Assembly (NCBI GenBank): GCA_951406725.2
Contig: OX597829.1
Location: 26,970,001-27,034,000 of the forward strand
Reading direction: 5' to 3'
Length of the DNA stretch: 64,000 nucleotides
Origin: Octopus vulgaris
Lineage: Eukaryota
Shown here: piece after piece, positions 1 through 12,755 of the stretch
How the letters are laid out: every line of letters starts with the position of its first letter
Numbering within the stretch: the first letter of the stretch is position 1
Translations under genes and position numbers: made by a program
Notes under the pieces: model-generated
What the model was told of the DNA's origin: nothing
The model's database searches: none
What the model saw: only the letters and a program-made list of their open reading frames with translations

Positions 1-215
1 CGTTACCAACCCGGCCAAAACCGCCTCTGGTTCTGTAGTACAAATGTCTTGTTTTCATAAGTTTTGAATTAAAATCTTCCACCAAACCTTAGTCACAATT
101 TATGTTCCTAACACTAGCTTAATGGTAACTAAGTTATTTTATTAAATTCTTTGTTATATTTAAAATAATTGAAAGAAACACAGAGCATCTCAAAATAAAT
201 ACGGTAATGAAAGGG
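1..215 (+). mobile_element. piggyBac-type MITE, family A (left end cut by window edge)
   Basis: Ends GTAATGAAAGGG followed by TTAA (216-219); closely similar to the complete copy at 20511-20729. Confidence 0.85.
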
Positions 216-310
216 TTAAGGCTATTTGGCAACCTTCTTCATGTAGTATTAATTTCAGAGTAGAAGAAATTATGCTTAAATGTTTGCATTAGTATGTATG
301 CTCAGCACTA

Positions 311-497
311 TACAAGAGGATGCTGAAAAGTTCCTGGTTTTAAAAGTATCATGGAAATCCTGGATAGGGGCCCAACTTTCTGAGTTCTTTTACAGGACTT
401 AGAGAATCTGGGAGAGGAATATGCTGAATAAAATCATAATTGAGTGATCCTCCTGTATTTTCTTTCACACAAAACCAAAACTTTTCAACCCCCACAC
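311..497. mobile_element. Degenerate mariner/Tc1-type MITE
   Basis: Left end TACAAGAGGATGCTGAAAAGTTCCTGGTTT and right end AAAACCAAAACTTTTCAACCCCC form an imperfect TIR pair of mariner style; no ORF. Confidence 0.6.
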
Positions 498-876
498 CCA
501 CCATACAATACACAAAATCAATGCAAATAAAAAAAAGCTGGTTCACCAGAACATCATGGTTACACTATTGATTCAACTCTAAGTGTATAAATAAATTTTT
601 CAACTCTAAACCACCTCTCATCCATCCAGTAGAGCAATGATCATACCAGGAGAGAATATCCTCTGTGTATGTGTTTTGTTTTTTTAAGAACAGTGTACCT
701 TGAACTATATCATCTAGGATTAAGATGGGTTTGATTGGGAAAGGGGGGGTGATTTGGTTACTATTTCTAAGAGATCAAGTGACAACAAAGTCCCAGCTTA
801 CCTGTTAGATTAAATATAAGATGTTAATATGACAGGCAGATTTTTGAAGGGAATGTTTATCAACTATCTTATATAT

Positions 877-1262
877 GGAGTGGCTGAGTGGTAAGTAGCT
901 TGCTTACCAACCACATGGTTCCGGGTTCAGTCCCACTGCGTGGCACCTTGGGCAAGTGTCTTCTACTATAGCCTTGGGCCGACCAAAGCCTTGTGAGTGG
1001 ATTTGGCAGACAGAAACTGAAGGAAGCCCATCGCATATATGTATACATATATGTGTGTTTGTGTGTCTGTCTGTCCTCCCAACATCGCTTGACAGCCGAT
1101 GCTGGTGTGTTTACGTCCCCATAAATTAGCAGTTCGGCAAAAGAGAACCAATAGAATAAGTACTAGGCTTACAAAGAATAAGTGCTGAGGTCGATTTGCT
1201 CGACTAAAGGCGGTGCTCCAGCATGGCTGCAATCAAATGACTGAAACAAGTAAGAAGAGAAA

Positions 1263-1264
<2 letters not shown>
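877..1264 (+). mobile_element. tRNA-derived octopus SINE (OK-like family), full length
   Basis: A-box-like TGGCTGAGTGG, B-box-like GGTTCAGTCCC, CCTTGGGCAAGT segment, internal (TA/TG)n, tail GGCGGTGCTCCAGCATGG...ACTGAAACAAGTAA; more than 20 related copies in the window. Family name from recollection. Confidence 0.9.
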
Positions 1265-1302
<38 letters not shown>

Positions 1303-1334
1303 GTGTGTGTGTGTGTGTGTATGTGTATAAATCT

Positions 1335-1690
1335 TATCTTGTTTCAATCAACTGGCTGTGGCCATGGTGAGGCATTGCCTTGAATGCTTTTTAGTCAAAC
1401 TAATTGACCCCAGGACTTCTTTTATTTAAAAAAAAATTAAAACCTGGTACTTATTCTATTGGTTGCTTTTGCCAAACTGCAAACTACAGGGATGTAAACA
1501 TACCAACACCAATTGTCAAGCAGTTGACAAACACAGACACAAAGACACACACACTTACATATATATCTACACACACACACATACACAAACTTCTATCAGT
1601 TTCCAGCTACCAAATCCACTCATAAGGTTTTGGTTGGTCTGAGGGAGATACTTTCCCAAGGTGCCACGCAGTGAGAAGCAAGCTTCTTAT
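1335..1690 (-). mobile_element. Older OK-like SINE copy
   Basis: Diverged reverse-complement match to 877-1264. Confidence 0.75.
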
Positions 1691-1729
1691 CAGTCACCCC
1701 TATCTATCTATGCGTTTATATATATATAT

Positions 1730-1774
1730 TTAGTCTAATGATGGTTTAGCCAGTTGAAACTTTAAAGTCACCAT
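1730..1774 (+). ncRNA. Degenerate hammerhead ribozyme motif in a (TA)n-adjacent insert
   Basis: tagt-CTAATGA-tgg tttag cca gtt-GAAA-ctttaaag-TC-acca; palindromic stem III (ACTTTAAAGT), but core G5 is changed to A and stem I has a mismatch. Confidence 0.45.
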
Positions 1775-2975
1775 TAATAACTATTCTTGTTAAAGAATAA
1801 ATGTGCTCTACAAAAAGTACTGAGTAACCCTTCAGTTTAATGTTAAATTTTTCTTATTATAACATAAAAAATGCACATGTGCATGTGTGTGTGCATGTGC
1901 ACATGTGTGTGAACTTGTGCGCATGCACACATTCAGCTTCCAAGCTGGAATGGGTTGGACAGTGACATGATTTGGTGAGTAGAAGGACTGTGTTGAGCTC
2001 GAAAGTCTGCTTCAGAACAATTTCTACAGCTGGATACCCTTCATAACACCAACTTCTCTAAAAAGGTGTACTGGATAGTTCTTCATGGTACCAGCATTAA
2101 TTTGAGGTTGCCATGTAACTCACAAGACTAAAAAGTCCCTACCCCTTACCTAATCTTCCAATCTTCTGTTGCCACTCTTTATTAACTTCCATGCACTTTG
2201 AAAACATACTCTGACCACATCACCTTTGTCTTTCAAGTCCACTGATTACTTCCATAGAAATCTCCTTTACAGCTATATACCTGTTTCCTATACCTATTTT
2301 GATTGCCTATATGATTATTGTTATTATTATTATTTTTATTTATATATATATATACATACACATACACACACACACACATGTATTACATAAATGAATGTTG
2401 ACTGACAATTTCAAGCTTTTATGAAGAAAGCAACTATATTTTTTATGCATTCCTTTCCTAAACTAGTTCTGTGAACCAAAGAAAGTACAAAAGGGGATGA
2501 GTAAGAATGTAGATATCTAGTTTTAAAGAAAGTATTCCCTACATAGAAATCTTAACTATCATCAAAGGGAAATTTTTCCAGTCAAATGATTATATTTCAA
2601 TTCATAAAATACGATAAATTCATGTTGTAAACACAAAATATGTGTGCTGTAAACACAAAATTCATGAAATAAGATGTGTGTGTGCCAAGTTCTCATGTTG
2701 TAAGGCAGGGACTTTTCTTTTGAAGAAAATGAACAACACATCCCTCACATTATTAGTAATCTCACAAAAAGTATCAAATATTACTATTTCTACTCCTCAA
2801 AGTCAACATTGATTTATAACAAATGGAACAAACTGGGAGATGTGTGTACACATATCATTTCTTCAAAGAAAAACCGTCAGAACTCACTTCTTATGACAAT
2901 AAAACTTATCTTACTTTATAAATTCTATTAAGCTTTTTTTCTTTTTCTGTCAGAGATCATCACTAGTTTTTTTAT

Positions 2976-3193
2976 CCCTTTAGTATTCACATTATTTTGT
3001 CAAATATAATTCTTATTTATTTACATTGTTTTGAATTAATCAGGCATTATTTTGCAGCTTTGAGATTTCGATGAGTTGACTTAATTTTTAGAATGACATT
3101 GTAGGGTTGGTTTGAGAGCCCAAGATCTGACCAGTTTGAACATAAAACAGGTAGATATTTTGACCAGATATGGCCTGTTTAAAAGCTAAGGGG
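2976..3193 (+). mobile_element. piggyBac-type MITE, family B
   Basis: TTAT/CCCTTTAGTATTCA ... AAAGCTAAGGGG/TTAA; related copies at 27240-27452 (-), 40183-40398, 41064-41240 and 43541-43731. Confidence 0.75.
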
Positions 3194-3544
3194 TTAAATT
3201 ATATATTATTCAGTGTCAGTCATTAAACTAAGAATTTTAGTTGAATAAACTGACCTGAGTACTTTTTTTTTAAAGCCTGGTACTTATTCTATCAGTCTCT
3301 TTTGCCAAACTGCTAAGATACAGGGACATAAACATGCCAACATTGGTTGTCAAACAGTGGTAGGAGACAACTACACACACACACACACACAACAGGCTTC
3401 TTTCAATTTCCATCTACCAAATCCACTCACAAGGCCTTCGTTAACCTGACACTATTGAAAACAGTTGCCCAAGGTGCTGTGCAGAGGGACTGAACCAAGA
3501 ACCTAAATGCAAATCTAGATTTTGTTTTATAAGATGAAAGTTTG

Positions 3545-3590
<46 letters not shown>

Positions 3591-3912
3591 CACCATAACT
3601 TGACAATCAGTGTTGGTGTGTTTACATCCCTGTAACAAAAGGAAACTCTTGAATAAATACAAGGTGTTAAAATAAAAAATAAGTACTGGGGTTAATTTGT
3701 TCAACTAAAATTCTTCAAGGCTATGCCCCAGCATGGCTGCAGTCTAATGAATGAAACAAGTGAAAGATAAAAAAAGATCCAGGATACAGTAAATGCATGG
3801 TTTGACTTTGGTTCACTTTTATCCATACAAGGAGATGGGGTACTCAACATATTGAGAGTTATCAATACATCTCAATGCTTCTAAATTACTACTAGAGAAA
3901 TCATTTCTGATT

Positions 3913-4281
3913 AGACATAGGAGTGGCTGTGTGGTAAGTAGCTTGCTTACCAACCACATGGTTCCAGGTTCAGTCCCACTGCGTGGCACACTGGGCAAGT
4001 GTCTTCTACTATAGCCTCGGGCCGACCAAAGCCTTGTGAGTGGATTTGGTAGACGGAAACTGAAAGAAGCCCGTCGTATATATGTATATGTATGTGTGTA
4101 TATGTTTGTGCTGATGTGTTTACGTCCCCGTAACTAAGTGGATCGGCAAAAGAGACCGATTGAATAAGTACTAGGCTTACAAAGAATAAGTCATGGGGTC
4201 GATTTGCTCGACTAAAGGTGGTGCTCCAGCATGGCCACAGTCAAATGACTGAAACAAGTAAAAGAGTAAAAAGAGTAAAGA
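3913..4281 (+). mobile_element. OK-like SINE
   Basis: Same head, body and (GTAAAAGA)n-type tail as 877-1264. Confidence 0.9.
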
Positions 4282-4296
4282 ATATAGTAAATATAA

Positions 4297-4506
4297 CCCT
4301 TTCATTATCTTATTTTTGATGAAATATACTGTTCTTTGTTATAATCAACTTCAGCAATAATGAAGAATTTAGTAAAATGGCTTAAGATGATGTTTAGAAT
4401 ACAAATTAACATGAAATTTAGATGGAAGTTTTTAATTTAGATCAGTCAAAAAAAGAATTGCACCAGAGAACTAGGAGCAGTCTCAGGTGGACTGAACTCA
4501 AAAATG
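4297..4506 (-). mobile_element. Older family-A-related TTAA MITE
   Basis: Starts CCCTTTCATTA, ends before TTAA (4507-4510); interior resembles the reverse complement of family A. Confidence 0.6.
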
Positions 4507-4532
4507 TTAAGGCCCAGTATAATACTATCACT

Positions 4533-4610
4533 TGGTACCTTGGAAGCCTTTAGCAAAGTGGTACCTTGGAGGTCTTCAGCCAAGTGGTACCTTGGAAGCC
4601 TTTAGCAGAG
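4533..4610. repeat. 26-bp tandem repeat, 3 copies
   Basis: TGGTACCTTGGAAGCCTTTAGCAAAG / TGGTACCTTGGAGGTCTTCAGCCAAG / TGGTACCTTGGAAGCCTTTAGCAGAG. Confidence 0.9.
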
Positions 4611-6503
4611 CAGCCTACTTTGTTGCAAGCATTGAAGCCAAGTATTCAGTTTGAGAATACCTTTCTCCTCTCCTTCCCTCTCTCTAGTCTCTTTAAATGG
4701 TCATGAGCATTAATTACCTTCCCATCTGATTAAGAAGAAGAAACAAAAAACAGAAGTACTATGATAGATACATGATTCATTATTCTCTTCCTCCAATTTC
4801 TGGCCTCACACCTATGTAAGAAATTATTATTGTTGTTGTTGCTGTTGTAAAATGAAGCCAACCATCTAAAACGACTCAAAAAAAAATATCAGATTATTAA
4901 CATAGAGATGGTCTCAAAGGCAGGGTTAGGCAGTAAAGAGGCTGAGAGTCGCAGTGTGAGATGAGAGAGAAAGGAAGTGGAACTGACAAGAGGCCAGCCA
5001 TCCCAAGCACAGTAAATAAAGAAAAACAGGTAATACAAATCATTAACTTACTTCACATGCCAAGATTTGTTTTGTTTTGCTTTGTTTTTTTGTATTTCTT
5101 TCACTGCTATTATACAAAGGCAACAATAAATATACAGCGTTTGGTTTGTCTCGCTCACTTGCTCATGGCACAGAAAAATATGAGGAAAGACTTTTCCTGT
5201 TTCTCTCTCTCTCTCTCTACTATATTTCATAGCTTCAATGAAACAGGTTATACATTTCTGAGTATTAGCATACATTTTCTCTTTCAGGTTACACTACTGC
5301 CGAGATGACGACGACAACAACAACGTCATTGTTGTATAAGTTAGCATAAAAATTAACCTACAAACAATATATATAACGTAGTGAACTTTCTATATATGAG
5401 AGTAAAATATTTCTAAAATGATTTTTGTGTGGTAAGAAGTTTGCTACCTGCCCACATGGTATCTGGGTTCAGTCCCAGTGCACAGCACCTTGGACTTCTA
5501 CAACCCCCAAGCAAACCAAAGCCTTGCAAATGGATTTGGTAAATAGAAACAGAAAGAAGCCCATCATGTGTGTCTGTGTGTGTGTGTGTGTGTACTTGGC
5601 AACGAGTGTTCATTTATTTATATCCCCTATAACTTAGCAGTTTAGCAAAAGAGACCAATAGAATAAGTATCAGACTTTTAAATAACTATTGGAGTCGATT
5701 TGTTTAACTAAAATTCATCTAGGTGGTGCCACAGCATGGGCATTGTCAAGTGAATAAATGATAAATAACAACAAGGTTTTCTTACAGTGGTAGAATATAC
5801 GTTTGTAGAGTAGGGAAAGAGGGAAAGAGAGAGAGATTAAATGAACTCTTAAGACATTATGCCACAATTTCTGCTGATCTTGGACCATTGAAAAGAAAAA
5901 TGAGAGGAAAAATCCCCAGCAGAATTTGAACTTAGAGTTTGAATAGCCAGAATTAGACATGTATAAACACACGCACACACACACATGCAACAACACACAT
6001 TACACACACAACACACATTACATGCATACACACAGCACATAACACATCATGACTACAGGCGCACACATTGTCAACACACATAGCACACCACACAGCCACA
6101 CATGTATACATTCATTACACACATACATTGGCTATGTTAAAACTGAGAGTCCAATATTTTTTTTATTATTTAGGATTTTCCTATATCCTTATATGTCCTT
6201 TGTGTTTTGTTTGAAGTAAACCAGTAATCAATGTGTAATCTGATGATTCTTATCGGCTTTCACCCTTCCCACGATCCCTTGCAGCTGACTATAACAATGA
6301 GGAAACAATATGACAGTGACCACTTCACTTAGAAGTTTAAGGCAAGGTCATGAAATGTTAATGGACTTATAAACATTATTGTTCCAAACCAACAAAGAAC
6401 TAAATAAGTTAATAAGTAAAAAAAAAAAATCATTAATAACATTAAATTTGAACACTTGTGTCTTCAGTATAACATATTCCATATAAATAAATAAATAGAA
6501 TAA

Positions 6504-6547
<44 letters not shown>

Positions 6548-6999
6548 TTGATATATATGGAAGATGAAAACATGGAATTTGAAACAAGTGATCAGATTCT
6601 GCAATAAAATGAATTTTATGACAAGATGGAGCATGAGATAGAGACTTATAACATATCAGGTAACAGGGAATTTTTATGAAACAACCTGCCAAGGACAACA
6701 AACCGGAGTTGTGACTGGTGCAAGTTCCAGCCAAGCAGAAGGTGGCATTGGTTTTAGAATAGAACAACAGAAAAACCCATAAAAGCTAAGAGACCAACCT
6801 AGAAAAACTCAAAGAGGGCAGCCAACAAAAATATGAAATAACACAAAGAAAGCAAGATAAGAAGCCTAAAATAAGAGTTTTGCACACGTTTTGTAAATGT
6901 TATGATCAAGACAGGAGATATTCTGGATTAAAAAGCAATGTAAGAGAAAGAATCTGTAGAAATATGTATGGTTTGATAAAAGCACATTTACTTCTGACA

Positions 7000-7520
7000 C
7001 AAAGAAAGAGGAATGGAAGTGATATTATAAAGGTTGAGGAATAAGGAAAATACATGGAGGAATGAAGGACTTCCCAAATAGACACAGCAGACAGTCCAGT
7101 TTATTCGACTGACAGCAGTATGGAGATGCAGTTTGAATTTGTGTCTGGATGAATTATTACCATTGTCATCTTTTTAACAATGAAACTTCAAGAGAAGTAC
7201 TTAAGAGCAAGCCCTTGTACTTAATATACAGGGTGTGGAACTATGTATTTTGATGGTCACCAAGAAAACTAGGAGCGGATGAATGGATCAACAAAGAGTC
7301 AACAAATAATGAATTCGGTGTGCAGGTGGGGGAAGGGGGAATCATAATTATACAGACCATTAAGGAAGAGCTTAAACTGATGAGGGCTCAAGTACTCTGA
7401 AGACTAAGTTCTTGTAGCAGAATCTGTAGAAAAATTAAATACCAAATCTGGAGACAGAACCACAAACCAAAGAAATCTGAAAGTAACTTATCAAAAATTA
7501 AAGTTTTGGTATGAAGAAGA
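7000..7520 (+). pseudogene. Heavily decayed RTE-clade LINE reverse transcriptase fragment
   Basis: Near 7120-7220 the translation EMQFEFVSG*IITIVIFLTMKLQEKYL resembles the RT segment QFGF..G..T.DAIF..RQLQEKY; stops and frameshifts. Confidence 0.55.
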
Positions 7521-8420
7521 GGTATTCTATGAACATGTTGACAGCGCACATAGGACTCTAGATGATGGCAGGTGCAGAGCCTTAGTCAACAATAATTGCA
7601 GAGCTCAAGGTAATGGTGAACACATGGCTTAGATGGTAGACTTGGAGCTCAAGATGATTGTGGACATGTCAGTTTAAATGAGCGTTAAAAGATCATGATG
7701 AGAGGTGCTGGTAATAATTATGACATGAAAGGGAAAATTCGTTAATGTTGCCAAAGGCATTTGAAAGATGGAAAGATAAAGTTGTGAAAGTGATGAAATT
7801 TACTTGTAGAGGTTGCTTGTATCAAATAAGTGCTTAAAGGGGGACTGATTTCTCTCTCCCTCCCTCTTTCTTTCTTTGAGCAAAAACAGAGAATATTTCA
7901 TTTCAAAAGAGTGTAATGCGACACTAATAAATTCACTTTGAAATGTGAACTGGAAATGAATGACTGAGGGGGTCATAAAATGGATGGGGGCTGGAAGGAA
8001 GTTTTTTTTTTTTTTTCATTTTTTTCAAAAATGCCTTGCTGTTTTGTGGGATTTAATACCCTAATGGAATCATTTACACATAGTTATAAATAGCAACGAT
8101 TACATGTATTCATAACAAACAAAGTTAAAATATTGGTTTTAAAAAGGGTTGGAAATTAGTCGCTGTTGAAAAGAAAAAAAAAGAGGGGCAAGGAGATGGG
8201 GACAGCTACCACCTCCAACTCACTGCCTTTTCGATCTTTTCATCACAACATTCCAGATTATACATCCAGACAAATACATTATACACACACACACTTGAAG
8301 CTCAAGCTGCAAACATTAACAGTCATATAGGAATTAAGGTGTGGGCACACATGCATATACACATGAAAGTACATATGGCCACAAACACAACTCCTACAGA
8401 TTCAAACTAATTATATATAT

Positions 8421-8591
8421 AGGCATATGATGGCTGTGTGATAAGTAGCTTACTTATGAACATGGTTCTGGGTTCAGTTCCACTGCGTAGCACCTTGGGT
8501 AAGTGTCTTCTACTATAGCCTCAGGCCGACCAAAGCCTTGTGAGTGGATTTGGTAGATGGAAACTGAAAGAAGCCCGTCGTATATATATAT

Positions 8592-8639
<48 letters not shown>

Positions 8640-8647
8640 ATATATAC

Positions 8648-8678
<31 letters not shown>

Positions 8679-8882
8679 TACATACATACACATATATAAT
8701 AAACATTTACATAAATAAATAGCGTGAAATACACGAAGGGACGAACATAAGAGACAGACGGGTCATTCAAAGCCTTCATTCTTCAGTCAGAAACCGATTC
8801 CTCATCGCAGATTTCGGCTGTTTAATTCTGAGTACATACACATATATATCATATACATATACATACATATATATACATACAC

Positions 8883-8923
<41 letters not shown>

Positions 8924-9135
8924 TGTGTCTGTGTTTGCCCCCCCCCCCTCCAACATCGCTTGACAACTGATGCTGGTGTGTTTACATCCCCGTAACTTAG
9001 CAATTCAGCAAAAGAAACCGATAGAATAAGTACTAGGCTTACAAAGAATAAGTCCTGGGGTTGATTTGCTTGACCAAAGGCGATGCTCCAGCATGGCCAC
9101 AGTCAAATGACTGAAACAAGTAAAAGAGTAAAGAG
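8421..9135 (+). mobile_element. OK-like SINE with a ~135-bp foreign insert (about 8700-8835) in its internal microsatellite
   Basis: SINE head 8421-8580 and tail ~8920-9135 flank (TA)n tracts and an unrelated segment. Confidence 0.85.
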
Positions 9136-9215
9136 TATATAGTATCCTAAATATTCACATGCATGTACTAAGAATAATTAATGAAATAATTGTCCGTGCC
9201 CGTTTACCAGCTGCG

Positions 9216-9385
9216 GGTGGCACGTAAAAAGCACCCACTACACTCACGGAGTGGTTGGCGTTAGGAAGGGCATCCAGCCGTAGAAACACTGCCAGATCAG
9301 ACTGGGCCTGATGCAGCCTTCTGGCTTCACAGACCCCAGTTGAACCATCCAACCCATGCTAGCATGGAAAGCGGACGCTAAATGA
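9216..9385 (+). mobile_element. 3' end of RTE LINE (5'-truncated)
   Basis: GGAAGGGCATCCAGCCGTAGAAAC...CCAACCCATGCTAGCATGGAAAGCGGACG; the same tail follows RTE coding sequence at 46888-47627. Other copies near 1935-2130, 23420-23610, 32971-33207, 35653-35815, 42015-42240, 45420-45590, 54452-54660 and 60162-60395. Confidence 0.75.
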
Positions 9386-9405
9386 AAATACAAGTAATAA
9401 TAATA

Positions 9406-9636
9406 ATCCTTTCTACTATAAGCAGAAAGCCTGATATTTTTGGGTGGGGGTGGGGCAAGCTAATTACATTCACTAGAGTAAATGTAATTTTGCTCAACTG
9501 GTACCTATTTTTATCAACTCCAAAAGGATGAAAAGCAAAGTCAACTTCAGTGCAATTCGATTCCGAACAAATACAGATGAGATATCACTAAGCATTTTGT
9601 CCAGCATGCTAATAGATTCTGCCAACTCACTGCCTT
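9406..9636 (-). mobile_element. Second tRNA-derived SINE (Meta-like core), flanked by (TAA)n
   Basis: Reverse complement of the family seen at 27648-27884. Confidence 0.75.
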
Positions 9637-11960
9637 AATAATAATAATTTCAAGTGGTTGGAAGAAATTTAATACGATCTGCATTTAGAAAAAATGTAGC
9701 TATTAAAAAAAAAAAAAAAATCAAAAACAACTTTCTTAACCATTTTAGTAGCTACAGTTTAACTTTAGGCATTGTTTATTTTCTTTTATATTGGGTCATT
9801 TCGTTTTCACACTAAGTTGCCATGGCACTTTATTGTTGCTATGCAAATTACCCCAGGATATTGCATTTATAAAACAATTTCATCCTTTATCTAGTGCTTC
9901 TATCAGTCATCAAACTGCAGCCATGATGAGGCACTGGCTTGTTGAATTTTAGTCAAATATATCAACCCTAGTACTTTTTTTTAAGCCTGATACATATTCT
10001 ATCAGTTTCTGTTGCCGAGCTATTTATTTATTTATTTATCTAGTTTCAGCTCACTAGCTGTGGCCATGCTGGGGCACCGCCATTTTGCTGGGGCACCGCC
10101 ATTATGGGAATGTAAACACACCAACAGCAGTTGTAAAGTGGTGGTGGGGGACAAACACAAACACTACTTTTGGTTTCCATCTACCAAATCCACTCACAAG
10201 GTTTGGTTGGCCCAGGTCTATAATAGAAGGCACTTGCCCAAGTTGCCACATAGTTGAACTGAAACCAGAACTATGTGGTCGGGAAGCAAACTTATGGTGG
10301 CAGCCATGTCTATACCTTTTATAATAATAATTATTATTATTATTGGTGGTGGTGGTGGTAGTAGTAAGAAGTAGTAAGTAGTAAGAATTTTTAAAATTTC
10401 AAAATTGGTATACTGGTGTAATTTTTCACGCTGAATCTGATCTTGCTATTTACTTGATCCAGAAAAAAAAATTCAGGAAAATGTTACCGAGGTTTAAACT
10501 ATCACAACATGAAAGCAAAATATATTACAACAAAAGTTGTAAAGATTTGAAGTTTTAAAAAATTTTAATGAATAAAGTCATATGAAACGGTCGAATAGGC
10601 ATGTAAATAATATAAGTGGGGAACGGATCCTCAACAAAATTTCTTATGAAAAATTACAAAACAAACTACGTTAGGGATTTGGATAAAGGCTAGGGATGAA
10701 ACGGTAGAACAGACATGTAAACAATTTAAAATATAAGTAATAGTTCAGTTTATGTAAACAATTAACATAGTTTTCTTGTGTATCAAAAATTCAAAAACGT
10801 AATTTCAGAAAATAGGCACTCGTCAAAGAAAATACTCGTGGTGGTAGTATAAGCAAACTACAGCTTCGCTTGTTATAAGGCACCAATGTTTCGGTGGCTT
10901 TCAATTTGCTAAAATTACCCTAAATTTGCAAACTTTTTATTTATTAATTTATGGCAAAAACAAATTTCATTCATGTAATTAGCATACAAAACTACCTCAG
11001 TGCACCAAATTTTAAAACAGCTGGAACAAAGTTTAAAAGATTGAAAAGATTGAAAACTGTAACAAAAACAGTAATAGTAGTAGTGGTGGTGGTGATAATG
11101 GTAAAAATGAGCAGTAGTGGTCGTTATGGTGCTGGTGGTAGCAGTACTAACAGTAATGCTAGTAATAGCTTTTGTTGGGGGGGATATGTTTCTTATAAGA
11201 TATGTTTCTTATTCATTTATTTTATTTTTTTTTTTACACTAATTCATACACGTACATAAACCAGCAACGTGGAATGAATCGTATTTTGAATTTTTAACAG
11301 CAGCCCGAAGTTTGTTTATCTGTTTAAATCTTAGTCAGAATCAAAGGCAGGTTCAATAAAGTTACTTTGTGCAGCCGAAGTTATACACCAAAATATATAT
11401 ATATATTCCACGAATTTCACTTCCCTGCTTCAAAACAATATTGTGTGTGTGTGTGTGTGTGTGTGTGTGGAGTGGTTTGTGTGGTTTTAAGAAGTCCGCT
11501 TCCTACACATCGTTTCTAGTTCGGTTCCACTGCGCGATACCTTGGATTGGACAATACTTAAGTGGATCTGGAAACTGAAAAAAGCCCGTCACACACACAC
11601 ACACATATATATATCTGTTTGTCAGTCCTTGTGTTTGTACCCCCACCACCGCTTGACAACCGATGCTGATGTGTTTACGTCCCTTTAACTTAGCGCCTCG
11701 GCAAAATTGGCCGATAGAATAAATACCGAACTTTAAAAATACTGGTGTCGATTTATTCCACTAAACTATGACAACTGACTATGTGTATGTGTATATATAT
11801 ATATATATATATAATATATATATATAAATCGACACCAGTATTATATATATATATATATATAAATCGACACCAGTATTATATATATATATATAGGGGGGGG
11901 ATGTACTCGCATAGCAAGTGATTTGATCTGAGATCGTGTGCTGAAACGAAAACAATTGCA

Positions 11961-12217
11961 GCGTGGAAGGTGTTTGTAAGCCATTTAAGAAACACACAAA
12001 AGCCGTTCGATTCACTTCAACATTTAAGTTTAATTTGTCAAAATATTTTCGTCGCTAAAATCCGCGACCTGTTCACTGACAAAAATCTGTGCTGCATCTC
12101 AGTGAACAGGTCGCGGATATTAGCGACGAAAATATTTTGACAAATTAAACTTAAATGTTGAAGTGAATCGAACGGCTTTTGTGTGTTTCTTAAATGGCTT
12201 ACAAACACCTTCCACGC
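11961..12217. mobile_element. Palindromic insert between (TA)n tracts with a hammerhead-like motif in each arm
   Basis: 119-bp arms 11961-12079 and 12099-12217 with one visible mismatch and a 19-nt spacer. Confidence 0.85.
12034..12083 (-). ncRNA. Minimal type I hammerhead ribozyme with G3:C8 core variant
   Basis: Minus strand: tttgtca-GTGAACA-g-gtcgc ggatttta gcgac-GAAA-atat-TT-tgacaaa; 7-bp stem I, 5-bp stem II, palindromic stem III (AATATT). Confidence 0.65.
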
Positions 12218-12245
12218 GCCAATTGTATTTGTATTTGTGTGTATG

Positions 12246-12279
<34 letters not shown>

Positions 12280-12591
12280 CATATATACATACATACACGC
12301 GCACATATTCACTATACACACGCACCACTTCCACAATCAACACACCGGCTGACGAAAGCAAAGGTATATAATTTTTAAAGGGAACTTAAAAGAAGTAACG
12401 TATCTCTACAGTTCGTATACATTTTAGGTGTGTTTAGTGCTTCAATAACCGACATCAAGAGACATTCCACAGCTGAGAATTAAATACCTCAATAGAATGC
12501 AGCTGGGGAGTTCCAAGCAAAGCTAGATAAATAAGTGAAAAATGAACAAAGATAGCAACTTCAAAAAAGTAACGATAATTAAACGAACAGC

Positions 12592-12648
<57 letters not shown>

Positions 12649-12696
12649 CGACTAGCGTGTATGTATGTAACATATATACACACATACATACAAGCG

Positions 12697-12737
<41 letters not shown>

Positions 12738-12755
12738 AATAATATATATAGAGAG

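Noticed and set aside
877-950. SINE heads as tRNA genes
   Set aside because: Only A/B-box resemblance; no complete cloverleaf, and they continue into the SINE body.
4533-4610. Three 26-bp repeats as a possible CRISPR array
   Set aside because: Contiguous units with no spacers, eukaryotic context, no cas genes.
12345-12362. CTGACGAAAG motif in an insert between microsatellites
   Set aside because: No downstream GAAA and stem arrangement found.
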